64,000 nucleotides of DNA from Candidatus Poribacteria bacterium (GTDB lineage Bacteria > Poribacteria > WGA-4E > PCPOR2b), in assembly GCA_965205075.1 (NCBI GenBank), contig OZ242036.1, forward strand, positions 5,822,599 through 5,886,598, given 5' to 3'. Position 1 is the stretch's first letter. Each line of letters starts with the position of its first letter. Both the position numbers and the translations under genes were made by a program. The notes beneath the pieces are model-generated. The model made no database searches. It was not told the DNA's origin and saw nothing but the letters and a program-made list of their open reading frames with translations. Shown here one piece after another: positions 1 through 9,533 of this stretch.

Positions 1-407
1 GCGACCCCGCCAAGGGCAAGGAACTCGCATTGGCACAGTATAACAAAGGTACTGACGTGATTATAGCGGCGGCGGGTGCAACAGGCTTAGGTATACTCGA
101 AGCTGCCAAGGAAAAACAGAAATATCTCATCTGGGTGGATGCGAACGGGAACCATCTCGCACCGGGACTTGTCCTAACAAGTATGATTAAGGGGGTCGAA
201 CTCGCAGTCTACCAAACAATCCAAGCTGTTGTTGAAGGCAATTTCACCGGTGGAATAAAATTATACGGTCTCAAGGAGGGTGGCATTGAATATATCGTTG
301 ATGCTAACAATCAGGAGATATTATCACCGGAAATTCTGAAACGTGTTGAAGGGCTCAAAAAGCAGATTATTGACGGAGAGATTGTCCCCCCGTCGGAAAG
401 AGAATAA
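1..407 (+). CDS. BMP-family (basic membrane lipoprotein/PnrA-like) ABC-transporter substrate-binding protein, C-terminal fragment; 5' end lies outside the window
   Basis: The frame is open from the window edge to the stop at 405-407. The sequence IIAAAGATGLGILEAAKE...YLIWVDANGN...GLKEGGIEY resembles the BMP family C-terminal half. Confidence 0.55.
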   Translation, partial: DPAKGKELALAQYNKGTDVIIAAAGATGLGILEAAKEKQKYLIWVDANGNHLAPGLVLTSMIKGVELAVYQTIQAVVEGNFTGGIKLYGLKEGGIEYIVDANNQEILSPEILKRVEGLKKQIIDGEIVPPSERE

Positions 408-511
408 AGTGATTACCCTGTTTAGATCTGAATTGTTCTAAACAGTGATTCAGCTACAACAACGGAATACATACATTTCAGTTAGTATGACACAAAACAT
501 GGAGTATAATT

Positions 512-1387
512 ATGAACGAACGCGAAAAATTCCTCTTCGATCTGCGGGGTTACCTCCGGGTCGAAAACTTCCTGACCCACGAAGAGGTCCAAGGGCTCAA
601 CGAGGCCGTTGATGCCAACCATGACAAATACACAGAGGACAGCAAAATGTACGGTCTTGGTATGGATGGTGAGTACCATCGCCGATCTATGGTGGGGATG
701 CTGACATGGGAGCAACCTTGGTGCCAACCGTTCCGGGATCTAATCGCCCACCGGAAACTCATTCCCTACCTCAATGCCCTTTTTGGTCGTGGATGGCGAA
801 TGGACCATGAGCCTTTCTTGCTAATCTCTAGGAAGGGCACCGGTGGACACGGGTTACACGGTGCGACCAGTAGACATTTCGACGGTACGCAGTATTATAC
901 CTATGCAAATGGCGAAATGCGTGCAGGGCTAATCGTCTGTCAGTTCCAGTTGGCGGACATCAATCCCGGAGATGGCGGAATTGCTGTTATTCCGGGCAGC
1001 CATAAAGCTAACTTCCTTTGTCCCGAAGATATCATGCTTTACGACACCAACCAAGAGGTTGTGTATAACGTGGAAAGCAAAGCAGGAGATCTGGTAATCT
1101 TCATGGAAGCCACCATCCACGGTGCGCTGCCATGGACGGCTGATCATGAGAGACGTTCCCTACTTTACCGCTATTGCCCAAAGTCTATGCACACAAGTGG
1201 TGGCATCTATCAAACTAGCATGCCGACATGGGTTGACGAGTTGACAGAAGCGCAGCAGGCAGCGCTTGAACCGCCTTATATGTACAACCGACCTCTTATT
1301 GAGGACGACGGAGTTACCCTAGTACAACCCGGCCAAGAACCGGAACCCCATAGACCACGCGGCAAAGCCGAAATGAACGCAGAATGA
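512..1387 (+). CDS. Phytanoyl-CoA dioxygenase (PhyH) family Fe(II)/2OG oxygenase
   Basis: 291-aa ORF. The N-terminus FLFDLRGYLRVENFLTHEEV is typical of PhyH, with WRMDHEP (HxD) and a later IHGALPW His. Confidence 0.8.
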   Translation: MNEREKFLFDLRGYLRVENFLTHEEVQGLNEAVDANHDKYTEDSKMYGLGMDGEYHRRSMVGMLTWEQPWCQPFRDLIAHRKLIPYLNALFGRGWRMDHEPFLLISRKGTGGHGLHGATSRHFDGTQYYTYANGEMRAGLIVCQFQLADINPGDGGIAVIPGSHKANFLCPEDIMLYDTNQEVVYNVESKAGDLVIFMEATIHGALPWTADHERRSLLYRYCPKSMHTSGGIYQTSMPTWVDELTEAQQAALEPPYMYNRPLIEDDGVTLVQPGQEPEPHRPRGKAEMNAE

Positions 1388-1436
1388 AGGAAAACTGACC
1401 GCAGCAAATCCGCCAACGGATCGGAGAAATAATTTT

Positions 1437-3401
1437 ATGCAAGAAACGACGCCAGCCTCTTCCTCTACATTTCAACCTTCTCGGTCGCGTATTACCCTAC
1501 GTTCTGTGATCTTGGGTTGCATCCTTATGCCGATTAATGCCTACTGGATCGGAATGGAAGAGATGCTCTGGCACGGATTTCATTTCTCCGCAACCTCTAT
1601 CCCGATGAATGTTATTTTCATCATTTTCGTGCTGGCACTCTTGAACTACATCGCCCAACGATTCTTTCCTGCGTATGCGTTGAGCCAAATTGAACTCCTC
1701 GTCATCTATGTCATGCTGGCATGTGTTACCGCAGTGGTTGCCCACGATAACATGGTCGGTCTTATGGGACCTCTCTGCCACGCCTTCTGGTTTGCCACCC
1801 CCGAAAACGAATGGAAACAGATTCTCCAGCCTTACCTTCCGAGTTGGCTCGTCATGGGTAACACAACCATTGCCCGCCCTTTTTATGAAGGGGGAGCTAA
1901 TTTCTTCACCGAAGGCTATCTGCGCTACTGGATCGTTCCTATCATGAGTTGGACGGTCATCTCCTCCCTGATCTTCGCTCTTGTCGCTTTTGTAAATGTT
2001 CTGCTCCGACGTCAATGGATTGAGCATGAAAAACTGCCATATCCCATTACCCAACTGCCACTCGATATGACTGCACCCGGAATGGAGCTCTTCCGAAACC
2101 GCGGCATGTGGTTAGGGTTCACAATTGCAGCGGGCATCGAAATCATCAACGGAATCAATTTCCTTTATCCGTCCTTTCCAATGATACCGATTCGCGAGGA
2201 GAGTGCCGATATCTCGCGATGGCTTAACGAGGAACCGTGGGATGCGATTGGCCCAACTTTCTTTCATCTGCGCCTGTTTTTTATCGGTTTGTGTTTCCTT
2301 CTGCCACTGGATGTTAGTTTTTCAACAGCCTTTTTCTACTGGGTCCGCAAAGCGCAATACATTGGAGGAAAGGCGGCTGGGTGGTATACAATCCCTTACT
2401 ATCCTTTTCAACCGAACCAAGCTATGGGTGCAGCACTAGCGGTTGTTGTGATAGCAATGTGGGCAGGCAGGCAACATTTTCGGGAGGTTGGTAAACGGAT
2501 CCTTGGCATGAACACATCTATTGACGATTCGACGGAGCCGATGCGCTATCGATCGGCAGCTTTAGGCGTTGTAATCTGTCTCGTTCTCCTCTATTTGATC
2601 TGCAATCAAGCGGGGATGTCCCTGTGGGTATTCGCGCTATTTTTCGGATTGTACATGATGATCACAGCGTCTGTGACTCGGGTCCGTGCCGAACTTGGAC
2701 CACCCGCTCACGACATGGCTGGTGTCAATCCACAAACCGCCTTGACCACAGTGGTCGGGATACGTCCATTCGGACGTGGTAACCTTGTTATGTTCTCGCT
2801 TTTTTCGTGGTTTAATAGCCAGAATCGCAGCCAACCTATGCCGCATCAACTTGAAGGCTTTAAACTGGCGCAACGCACCGGCATGGATCATCGCAAACTA
2901 TTGTGGGTGATGCTCTTTTCGATTGTGATAGGTGTTTTCTCCGCATTTCTGATGTACCTTTATGTCCTGTATACGCATGGGGGCAGTAAGGCGGGAATGA
3001 TTTTGGGTCCCGGTTGGGGGGTTTACAACCGATTGGCTGGCTGGCTACAGTTTCCACGACCGACAGATTTTTTCGGATCGATGGTCATCGGTCTATCATT
3101 TCTATTTACGATATTTCTCGGTGCCATGCGGCTCAAGTTTATCTGGTGGCCCTTCCACCCGGTCGGTTATGTGATAGGCATCAACGGTGGAACGCTGGAT
3201 CAATTTTGGCTCGTGTTAATCCTCTCCTCAATCGCCAAGTTCGTGATACTCAAATATGGTGGGGCGCGTCTATACCGACGTGTGTTGCCTTTCTTCCTAG
3301 GGTTGGTCTTGGGCGATGTAGTCAGTGGCAGCTATTGGGCTATCCTAGGCGTAATTTTAGAGACGCCGATGTATGTCGTGTGGTTCTGGACAGTACAGTG
3401 A
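1437..3401 (+). CDS. Uncharacterised polytopic membrane protein, paralogue 1 of 5 (~650 aa)
   Basis: 654-aa ORF with GGAGA RBS upstream of the ATG and many hydrophobic segments. It shares the motifs PENEW, W-E-E-L-YP, PLD(L/V)SFS, RAELG..HD, PMPxQLE..KLA.R, WWPFHP.GY and PFFLGL.LGD with ORFs at 4781, 23813, 25887 and 27894. Confidence 0.85.
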   Translation: MQETTPASSSTFQPSRSRITLRSVILGCILMPINAYWIGMEEMLWHGFHFSATSIPMNVIFIIFVLALLNYIAQRFFPAYALSQIELLVIYVMLACVTAVVAHDNMVGLMGPLCHAFWFATPENEWKQILQPYLPSWLVMGNTTIARPFYEGGANFFTEGYLRYWIVPIMSWTVISSLIFALVAFVNVLLRRQWIEHEKLPYPITQLPLDMTAPGMELFRNRGMWLGFTIAAGIEIINGINFLYPSFPMIPIREESADISRWLNEEPWDAIGPTFFHLRLFFIGLCFLLPLDVSFSTAFFYWVRKAQYIGGKAAGWYTIPYYPFQPNQAMGAALAVVVIAMWAGRQHFREVGKRILGMNTSIDDSTEPMRYRSAALGVVICLVLLYLICNQAGMSLWVFALFFGLYMMITASVTRVRAELGPPAHDMAGVNPQTALTTVVGIRPFGRGNLVMFSLFSWFNSQNRSQPMPHQLEGFKLAQRTGMDHRKLLWVMLFSIVIGVFSAFLMYLYVLYTHGGSKAGMILGPGWGVYNRLAGWLQFPRPTDFFGSMVIGLSFLFTIFLGAMRLKFIWWPFHPVGYVIGINGGTLDQFWLVLILSSIAKFVILKYGGARLYRRVLPFFLGLVLGDVVSGSYWAILGVILETPMYVVWFWTVQ

Positions 3402-3713
3402 TCGCTGTATCTGCCGGATCAAAAATTCTATGGCTCAGCGCCTGGTTTGCCGTCAAGCGGTACATCACAGAAATCCCACTGGCTAGTGTCGAAACATATC
3501 AAGTCAGAAAAAACTTGAACTTATAGTCTAGTTGGATGTAAAATATTAAGATGGAAGCGGATTTGAGTCGTCCTGAAACGACTCAGGCTATTAGATTCTA
3601 CCCCCTAAGCGTGTATATTTTCGGTCACCTGATTGAGCGTTGATTGGATAGATTCTTAGCTTGCGAATGATTCGCAGGTTTTTCTAAGCGCTTTATGCGA
3701 AAGGAGTTACATT

Positions 3714-4571
3714 ATGCTAACTCAGCAACAGATCGACTTCTACCATGAAAATGGTTACATTGGTGTTGAAAATGTGCTTTCGGAGCAAGATATTATCGAC
3801 CTTCGTCGCGTGACAGATGAATTTGTCGAAAAATCCCGTGAAGTCACCGAACATACTGACGTTTTTGATCTTGAACCCGGTCATTCCGCAGAATCTCCCC
3901 GCGTACGCCGAATCAAAAATCCAGCAGCTCAACACATTGTCTATGATCAGGTGCGAACTTACGCCTCCATTATCGACATCGTTGAGCAATTAGTGGGGCC
4001 TGGTGTTCGTTCTATGGGCAGCAAACTGAATATGAAATACCCCGATTTTGGAAGTCCTGTTGAATGGCACCAAGATTGGGCGTTCTACCCCCATACGAAT
4101 GATGATGTGTTGGCAGTCGGTGTTGCTATTGACGATATGTCGATGGAGAATGGCGCGTTAATGGTCATTCCCGGCTCCCATAAGGGACCAATCTACGACC
4201 ATCACCAGGACGGTCGTTTCGCAGGTGCAGTCACTGACCCCAATTTTAGCCCGGACGGTGCTGTCCCCATCGCGGTCAAAGCCGGAGGCATTTCGATTCA
4301 TCATGTTCGTACCCTCCACGGCTCTGCCCCCAACATCTCTAGCACACCACGCCGCTTACTGCTCGCCGCCTACACCGCGGCTGACGCATGGCCCCTGAGC
4401 GGAGACTGGGAGGCTTTAAGTGCCAATATCCTGCGTGGTGAACTCACGAATCAGGTACGTATGGTCGAGGCTCCGGTTCGCATGGCACTTCCCCGTGCGG
4501 AGCGCGGCGGTTCAATTTACGAAACCCAGACCATTCTGAAAAAACCACTCTACACTGAGAAAACCAAGTGA
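3714..4571 (+). CDS. Phytanoyl-CoA dioxygenase (PhyH) family Fe(II)/2OG oxygenase
   Basis: 285-aa ORF with AAGGAG RBS. LTQQQIDFYHENGYIGVENVLS N-terminus, WHQDWAF (HxD) and a distal IHHVRTLHGS. Confidence 0.85.
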   Translation: MLTQQQIDFYHENGYIGVENVLSEQDIIDLRRVTDEFVEKSREVTEHTDVFDLEPGHSAESPRVRRIKNPAAQHIVYDQVRTYASIIDIVEQLVGPGVRSMGSKLNMKYPDFGSPVEWHQDWAFYPHTNDDVLAVGVAIDDMSMENGALMVIPGSHKGPIYDHHQDGRFAGAVTDPNFSPDGAVPIAVKAGGISIHHVRTLHGSAPNISSTPRRLLLAAYTAADAWPLSGDWEALSANILRGELTNQVRMVEAPVRMALPRAERGGSIYETQTILKKPLYTEKTK

Positions 4572-4780
4572 ATCTCCAGTCCCGACGTTGACGAATTGTT
4601 CCGATTCGATCAACGACGAGAATTCCGACAAATCGCAACCAGTGTGAAGGGATGACGGGTGATAAATGAGTCACTCGTCATTCCTTATCTCTCACAAGGC
4701 ACGTTTGATGTAGCTGCTGTCACAGTATACCCCAAATATCTGGTGATAGCACAACAACGACAGGAGGCACCTCATCATCC

Positions 4781-6748
4781 GTGCGCCACACATCAAACCC
4801 TCCAGCCAAACCGAATCTAACCGCACAGATTTTCAAGCTGCTTTTCATCGGTCTCGTAGTCCTACCGCTCAACAGCCTCTGGGTTGTTGACACCGGCATC
4901 ACAGGGCATGGCGTGAACTTCACGCGGGTGTCGCTGTTCATGAACGCGATCTTCCTCATCTTCGTCTTGAGTCTGATCAATCCGTGGCTCAAGCGTTATG
5001 TTCCGAGGTTCGCACTGGATTCAAGCGACATGGTGCTGATCTATGTGATGCTGTGTGTCTCGTCAGCTATCGCGGGCCACGACATGATCCAGCGACTGTT
5101 CCCGCTCATAGGACACGCATTCTATTTTGCCGCACCTGAGAATGAGTGGCAGGAACTCTTCCATCGCTATGTGCCGCATTGGCTCGTTGTTACAGATAAA
5201 TCGGTGCTGGCTGGTTACTACAAAGACCGCGGCACATTTTATGATAACACCTTTTACGTTACCGAATACTTCAACGCGTGGCTGGTGCCCTGCCTTGCAT
5301 GGTGTACCGTTATTATCGCACTGTTGATTTGTATGCTAGGCATTAACCTCCTAGTGCGCAAACACTGGACAGTCCACGAACGCCTCACCTATCCGCTCGC
5401 CCAAATACCGTTAGATATTATCAACAACGGTCCCCGCCTATTCAAAACGCGCCTAATCTGGACTGGATTTGCCCTATCTGTAGGATTCAATCTTATCAAC
5501 GGCATTCACACCCTATTCCCCGTCGCGCCAAGTATCTTTTATGGACGCTACCTTCTGAGTCAGTATTTCACCGCGAAACCATGGAACGCACTCGGTTGGA
5601 TTCCCATTGAGTTTCACCCATTCGCGATCGGGTTGGCATTCTTTATGCCGCTAGACCTCTCTTTCTCTTGTTGGTTTTTCTACTGGCTTTGGCGGCTAGA
5701 AAGGGTGGTAGGAACAGTCTTCTCTGGTGGCAGCATGTTAGCTGGGTTCCCTTTTACATGGGAGCAATCCATCGGCACTTGCGCGGCAATTTTACTTATG
5801 ACATTGTGGGGGCTGCGATTTACCGGACGGGAAATTCTACAGAGTTTTTTTAGAATGCCTACCACTGCCCAAAGCACTGGGGATCAACGACGTGAAATTC
5901 TGGACAATCGGGCGGAGATACGACGCTATCGCTGGGCAGTTTTTGGCATTTTCGCAAGCGTGAGCTATCTCATCGGGTTCTGCTACGTTGCGGGGATGTC
6001 CGTGTGGGTTTCGGCGGTCTTTTTCCTCATCTTCTTTGGGCTTTCAACGGTTGTGACACGCATCCGTGTCGAGGCAGGTTACCCGATGCACGATTTTGCG
6101 TTTCGCCCCGAGGATATTGTCGTGACAGGATTCGGCACACAAGCGGTTGGTCCCACGAGTCTCACACTATTTTCCTATCTCCACTTCTTCACTTACGCCC
6201 ATCGTAGCAATCCACAGCCACATCAATTGGAAGCATTTCGGCTGGCGGATCGGATGAATCTCTCTATCAATGGGATGCTGATTGCAGGTATCCTGATTGC
6301 TACGGTGGTTGGATCGATCGCCGCTTGTTGGGCATATCTACACACCGCTTATCAATATCAGGGGAGTACGTGGCCCGGCTGGCCCATCTTTAACCGTTTA
6401 CAAAACTGGCTAAGCTATCCGCGGGGGACGGATGTCAAATCGCTAATTTTTATGGGTGGCGGCTTCGGTATCGGGCTAGGGTTTCTGATTATGCGGCGGC
6501 TTTTTATCTGGTGGCCCTTTCATCCGGCGGGATATGTGATTGGTGGAACATGGTCGCTCAATCTCTTATGGTTTTCAATCTTTCTTAGTTGGGTAGCCAA
6601 ATTAATCATCCTTCGATTCGGTGGGCTCAAGTTGTATCGTCAGGCGAGCACGTTTTTTATCGGTCTCGTTTTGGGAGAGTTTGTAACCGCAAGTTTCTGG
6701 GGTGTGATTGGCACAATTTTGGGGCAGGCAACCTATCGATTCATCTGA
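4781..6748 (+). CDS. Uncharacterised polytopic membrane protein, paralogue 2 of 5
   Basis: 655-aa ORF with a GTG start about 13 nt after AGGAGG, so the start is uncertain. It carries the same motif set as 1437..3401 (APENEW, WTVHERLTYP, KPWNALGW, PLDLSFSCWFFYW, RVEAGYPMHD, PQPHQLEAFRLADR, WWPFHPAGY, FFIGLVLGE). Confidence 0.85.
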   Translation: MRHTSNPPAKPNLTAQIFKLLFIGLVVLPLNSLWVVDTGITGHGVNFTRVSLFMNAIFLIFVLSLINPWLKRYVPRFALDSSDMVLIYVMLCVSSAIAGHDMIQRLFPLIGHAFYFAAPENEWQELFHRYVPHWLVVTDKSVLAGYYKDRGTFYDNTFYVTEYFNAWLVPCLAWCTVIIALLICMLGINLLVRKHWTVHERLTYPLAQIPLDIINNGPRLFKTRLIWTGFALSVGFNLINGIHTLFPVAPSIFYGRYLLSQYFTAKPWNALGWIPIEFHPFAIGLAFFMPLDLSFSCWFFYWLWRLERVVGTVFSGGSMLAGFPFTWEQSIGTCAAILLMTLWGLRFTGREILQSFFRMPTTAQSTGDQRREILDNRAEIRRYRWAVFGIFASVSYLIGFCYVAGMSVWVSAVFFLIFFGLSTVVTRIRVEAGYPMHDFAFRPEDIVVTGFGTQAVGPTSLTLFSYLHFFTYAHRSNPQPHQLEAFRLADRMNLSINGMLIAGILIATVVGSIAACWAYLHTAYQYQGSTWPGWPIFNRLQNWLSYPRGTDVKSLIFMGGGFGIGLGFLIMRRLFIWWPFHPAGYVIGGTWSLNLLWFSIFLSWVAKLIILRFGGLKLYRQASTFFIGLVLGEFVTASFWGVIGTILGQATYRFI

Positions 6749-6798
6749 AGAAAACTGAACTATTAACCCGGATTTTTCGCAGCTTGACTTACCAGCAA

Positions 6799-7263
6799 TC
6801 ACCTGTCCGCAATAATCCAACCACCATCTATAAGTTCAGTAGTTGCACAACTCGGACCACCATATTTATCTGTCCCCATATATCTCGCCATAAGCACCCT
6901 ATTCAGATTTTCGGATACCTCTCTTATCATATCCCAAGTCACTTCCTCTTGGCGTAGAGATTTGGGGTAGCCCGTTGAAATCCAAATTTTTGCCCTTCTG
7001 CACCATTCACAATCCGGTTGACCTGCTAGCTCCCCGATATTGACGTAAAAGAACCGTTTCGAGGGAGTTCCTCGCGCGAATGGCCCTGTAAAGTTGGGAA
7101 CACCCGTGTTGCGCTGCGGTTTCACTGTCGCGTCAAAATCAAACGTAATATCCTCTCCCGTAGACTCGGTAACCGAAACCAAATTCCCACTGTTTTCCAA
7201 AGAGAAATTAACTCCGGCTGGAGGACTCACAACAACAATACGCATTGGGATTTTGTATTCCAT
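6799..7263 (-). CDS. Hypothetical protein, possibly DUF5990-like
   Basis: 154-aa ORF. The pattern FTGPFARGTPSKRFFYVNIG...WCRRAKIWI resembles what I recall of DUF5990 proteins. This family call is from memory only. Confidence 0.45.
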   Translation of the reverse strand: MEYKIPMRIVVVSPPAGVNFSLENSGNLVSVTESTGEDITFDFDATVKPQRNTGVPNFTGPFARGTPSKRFFYVNIGELAGQPDCEWCRRAKIWISTGYPKSLRQEEVTWDMIREVSENLNRVLMARYMGTDKYGGPSCATTELIDGGWIIADR

Positions 7264-7313
7264 AATTTTATCCTCGCGTTTCCTCTGGAGTTTATAACTG
7301 GGTTGATGTCATT

Positions 7314-8528
7314 TCAGCGAGTCGCTGCGCCCGTTGCCCTAAGCGGATATACAGGTCGATCCGCAATGGGAAGGTGAACGATAGAAGCCATCACACCGAG
7401 AATAATCGCAATTATCCACACAGGCGTGTACAGCCCTGTCGCGTCATAAATTCTTCCGCCAAGCCAAACCCCAAGAAAACTCCCCACTTGGTGGCTGAAA
7501 AATACAATTCCGTACAACGTGGCTAGGTAACGGGGACCGAAAATTTGCGCCACCGTACCGCTTGTCAACGGTACAGTAGCCAACCATAAAAAGCCGATTG
7601 CGGCACCAAAAATCATCGCCGTGGTTTCCGTTACAGGAAAAATGAGAAACAGACTGATAATAATCGAGCGACCAAAGTAAAGACCGCTCAGCAGGTATTT
7701 CTTGCGATAATGATCGCCTAGGTAGCCAAATAGTGTAGAACCAAACAGATTAAACAACCCCACCAGCGAGAGTGCAGTTGCACCGGCTGTACTTGATAAT
7801 CCGTTATCAGTGAGATAGGCGGGTAAGTGGGAGGCAACATACGAAACGTGAAAGCCGCAGACGAAAAAGCCGATAGTCAACAGCCAATATCCCGAATGCT
7901 GGCTTGCCTTAACTAATACCTGAGTGAGCGAATCGGAAGGTCCCTCTGTGGACTCACTTCCCGTAACCTGTTGCTTTCGAGTTGGATATCCCACTGCCAG
8001 TAAGGCAATTAAGCCCACAAACCCCGCAAAAATTGCAAAGGCGGTTCGCCAACCAAAGGCATTCATGATGTGTTGTGCAGCTGGGACGACAATAAACATC
8101 CCAATCGAACCGGCGGCGGTGATAAAACCAAATGTTCTGCTGCGCCGTTCAGGTGGAACTACCTGCGCCACCGCACCCAATACAACGACATACGACACGC
8201 AACTCAGAGACACCCCAGATAACAAACCGAAACCGAGCATCAAACTGGTCCAATGCGCCGTAATCGACATCAGATACATTGATACCGCGAATAGTAACCC
8301 ACCACCTATCGCTACCCAACGCGAACCGTAACGATCTGACAAGATGCCCGCAAACGGCAAACCACCAATAATGCTTTGGATGGCTATGGCTAAACTGAAT
8401 AGTTCTCGCCCAATGCCAAGTTCATCGGTAACCGGTTGCAGATAAATGCCAAATGTCTGCCGTGTTCCCATGCTAATCAGAATAATGAGGATACTGTATC
8501 CTACGATGTAGTTTTCACGTCGGGCCAC
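7314..8528 (-). CDS. MFS transporter
   Basis: 404-aa ORF with a GTG start 8 nt after AGGAG. It has about 12 hydrophobic segments and an MFS-like loop LSDRYGSRW. Confidence 0.85.
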   Translation of the reverse strand: MARRENYIVGYSILIILISMGTRQTFGIYLQPVTDELGIGRELFSLAIAIQSIIGGLPFAGILSDRYGSRWVAIGGGLLFAVSMYLMSITAHWTSLMLGFGLLSGVSLSCVSYVVVLGAVAQVVPPERRSRTFGFITAAGSIGMFIVVPAAQHIMNAFGWRTAFAIFAGFVGLIALLAVGYPTRKQQVTGSESTEGPSDSLTQVLVKASQHSGYWLLTIGFFVCGFHVSYVASHLPAYLTDNGLSSTAGATALSLVGLFNLFGSTLFGYLGDHYRKKYLLSGLYFGRSIIISLFLIFPVTETTAMIFGAAIGFLWLATVPLTSGTVAQIFGPRYLATLYGIVFFSHQVGSFLGVWLGGRIYDATGLYTPVWIIAIILGVMASIVHLPIADRPVYPLRATGAATR

Positions 8529-8580
8529 TAATCATCTCCTGTTTGCTTCCTCCTATAATTTACCTCGAAAGTCCCACCGT

Positions 8581-9393
8581 TTAACGGCCTATTTTAATAC
8601 TGCCCCAGGTGGTTGTTAATTTTTGTTTAGGCTCAACCGACAGGAGTAGACCCTTGGAATCCAACTCTACCTCCTGTTTGGTTAGGGCACGGTCATAAAG
8701 CTTAAACTCATCCATAACAAAAAAGGCAGCACGACTCGTCGTTCCACCAATGCGCAGGTGCCCTCTACCCTGAACGAAACCACGCTGAACGTTAAAATTA
8801 CCTTTTGCTTTGCCATTGATATATATCGTCAAGTTAGCAGATTTTTTGACACCTGCAATATGATACCATTTTTTCTGATCAAAACCGCCACCTTCGCCGT
8901 CAGGACCTATTGCATCAGGCCCAATCCTACCAAATTTATACACAAGGGATAGACCGGGATCAGTAAGGGAGATGCCTGGCGAATCCCCTTTCTCATCACC
9001 AACTAAGATGTTAGCCTTTTTCAAAACACTGTTAGGCGGCCGAGGAGGCGGGGCAATCAAGGGTTTAAGGACATAAAACCAAAAGGCGTAAGTGTGATCG
9101 GCGTACTTATCCATTCTGTCAAAGGAGTCAACGCGGAATTGTGCACTGATGTTGTTGAAAATTTTTAACGCCCCCGTTCCTTTGTACACCTCCGCGGGCT
9201 CATTGGTGATTGTAGCACCAAACCGGAGTTTACCATTGTTACCCCCACCGGTCAGGTCTTCAACCTTTCTTCCATCAAGCTGCTCATCAAACGTGAAATA
9301 TAGAATCATATTGGGATCTAGAGCCGCCGAGACGGAGAAAATCGTAATGGACAGAAGTGTGGTAACGAAACCTACTGCAATGAGCGTTCTCAT
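8581..9393 (-). CDS. Secreted LamG/concanavalin-A-like lectin domain protein, tandem paralogue 1
   Basis: Start moved to MRTLIAV (ATG at 9393, RBS GAAGGAAG). It has a signal peptide ending SA-ALDP. LamG_3-like signature WYHIAGVKK...IYINGK...LRIGG...FVMDEFKLYDRALT..EV. C-terminal LSVEPKQKLTTTWGSIKIGR. Confidence 0.8.
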   Translation of the reverse strand: MRTLIAVGFVTTLLSITIFSVSAALDPNMILYFTFDEQLDGRKVEDLTGGGNNGKLRFGATITNEPAEVYKGTGALKIFNNISAQFRVDSFDRMDKYADHTYAFWFYVLKPLIAPPPRPPNSVLKKANILVGDEKGDSPGISLTDPGLSLVYKFGRIGPDAIGPDGEGGGFDQKKWYHIAGVKKSANLTIYINGKAKGNFNVQRGFVQGRGHLRIGGTTSRAAFFVMDEFKLYDRALTKQEVELDSKGLLLSVEPKQKLTTTWGSIKIGR

Positions 9394-9468
9394 TTTCAAT
9401 TCTTCCTTCATCAACGGATTCGCCGGCCCCCTAGCAAAGTCAAGGCTATCCCTCTCCCTAAATAATAT

Positions 9469-9497
9469 AGCCCCAACGGATAAAATCCCTTGGGGCT
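9469..9497 (-). terminator. Hairpin downstream of LamG paralogue 2 (candidate intrinsic terminator)
   Basis: AGCCCCAACGGAT-aaa-ATCCCTTGGGGCT forms a 13-position stem with one mismatch. It lies 37 nt after the stop at 9534 on the minus strand and is followed there by AU-rich ATATTATTTA. Homologous hairpins sit behind three other paralogues. Confidence 0.45.
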
Positions 9498-9533
9498 AAA
9501 GTCGGACGGATCCAGTCTACAAAATTTCATTGA

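Noticed and set aside
1497-2054. A long antisense ORF (185 aa) within membrane paralogue 1. Similar cases are 21760-22452 (230 aa, antisense to the oxygenase), 20427-20876 and 21125-21535 (antisense to tnpB), and 24320-24781.
   Set aside because: Each is fully embedded antisense in a longer ORF that has recognisable motifs or paralogues. They show no RBS and no family resemblance.
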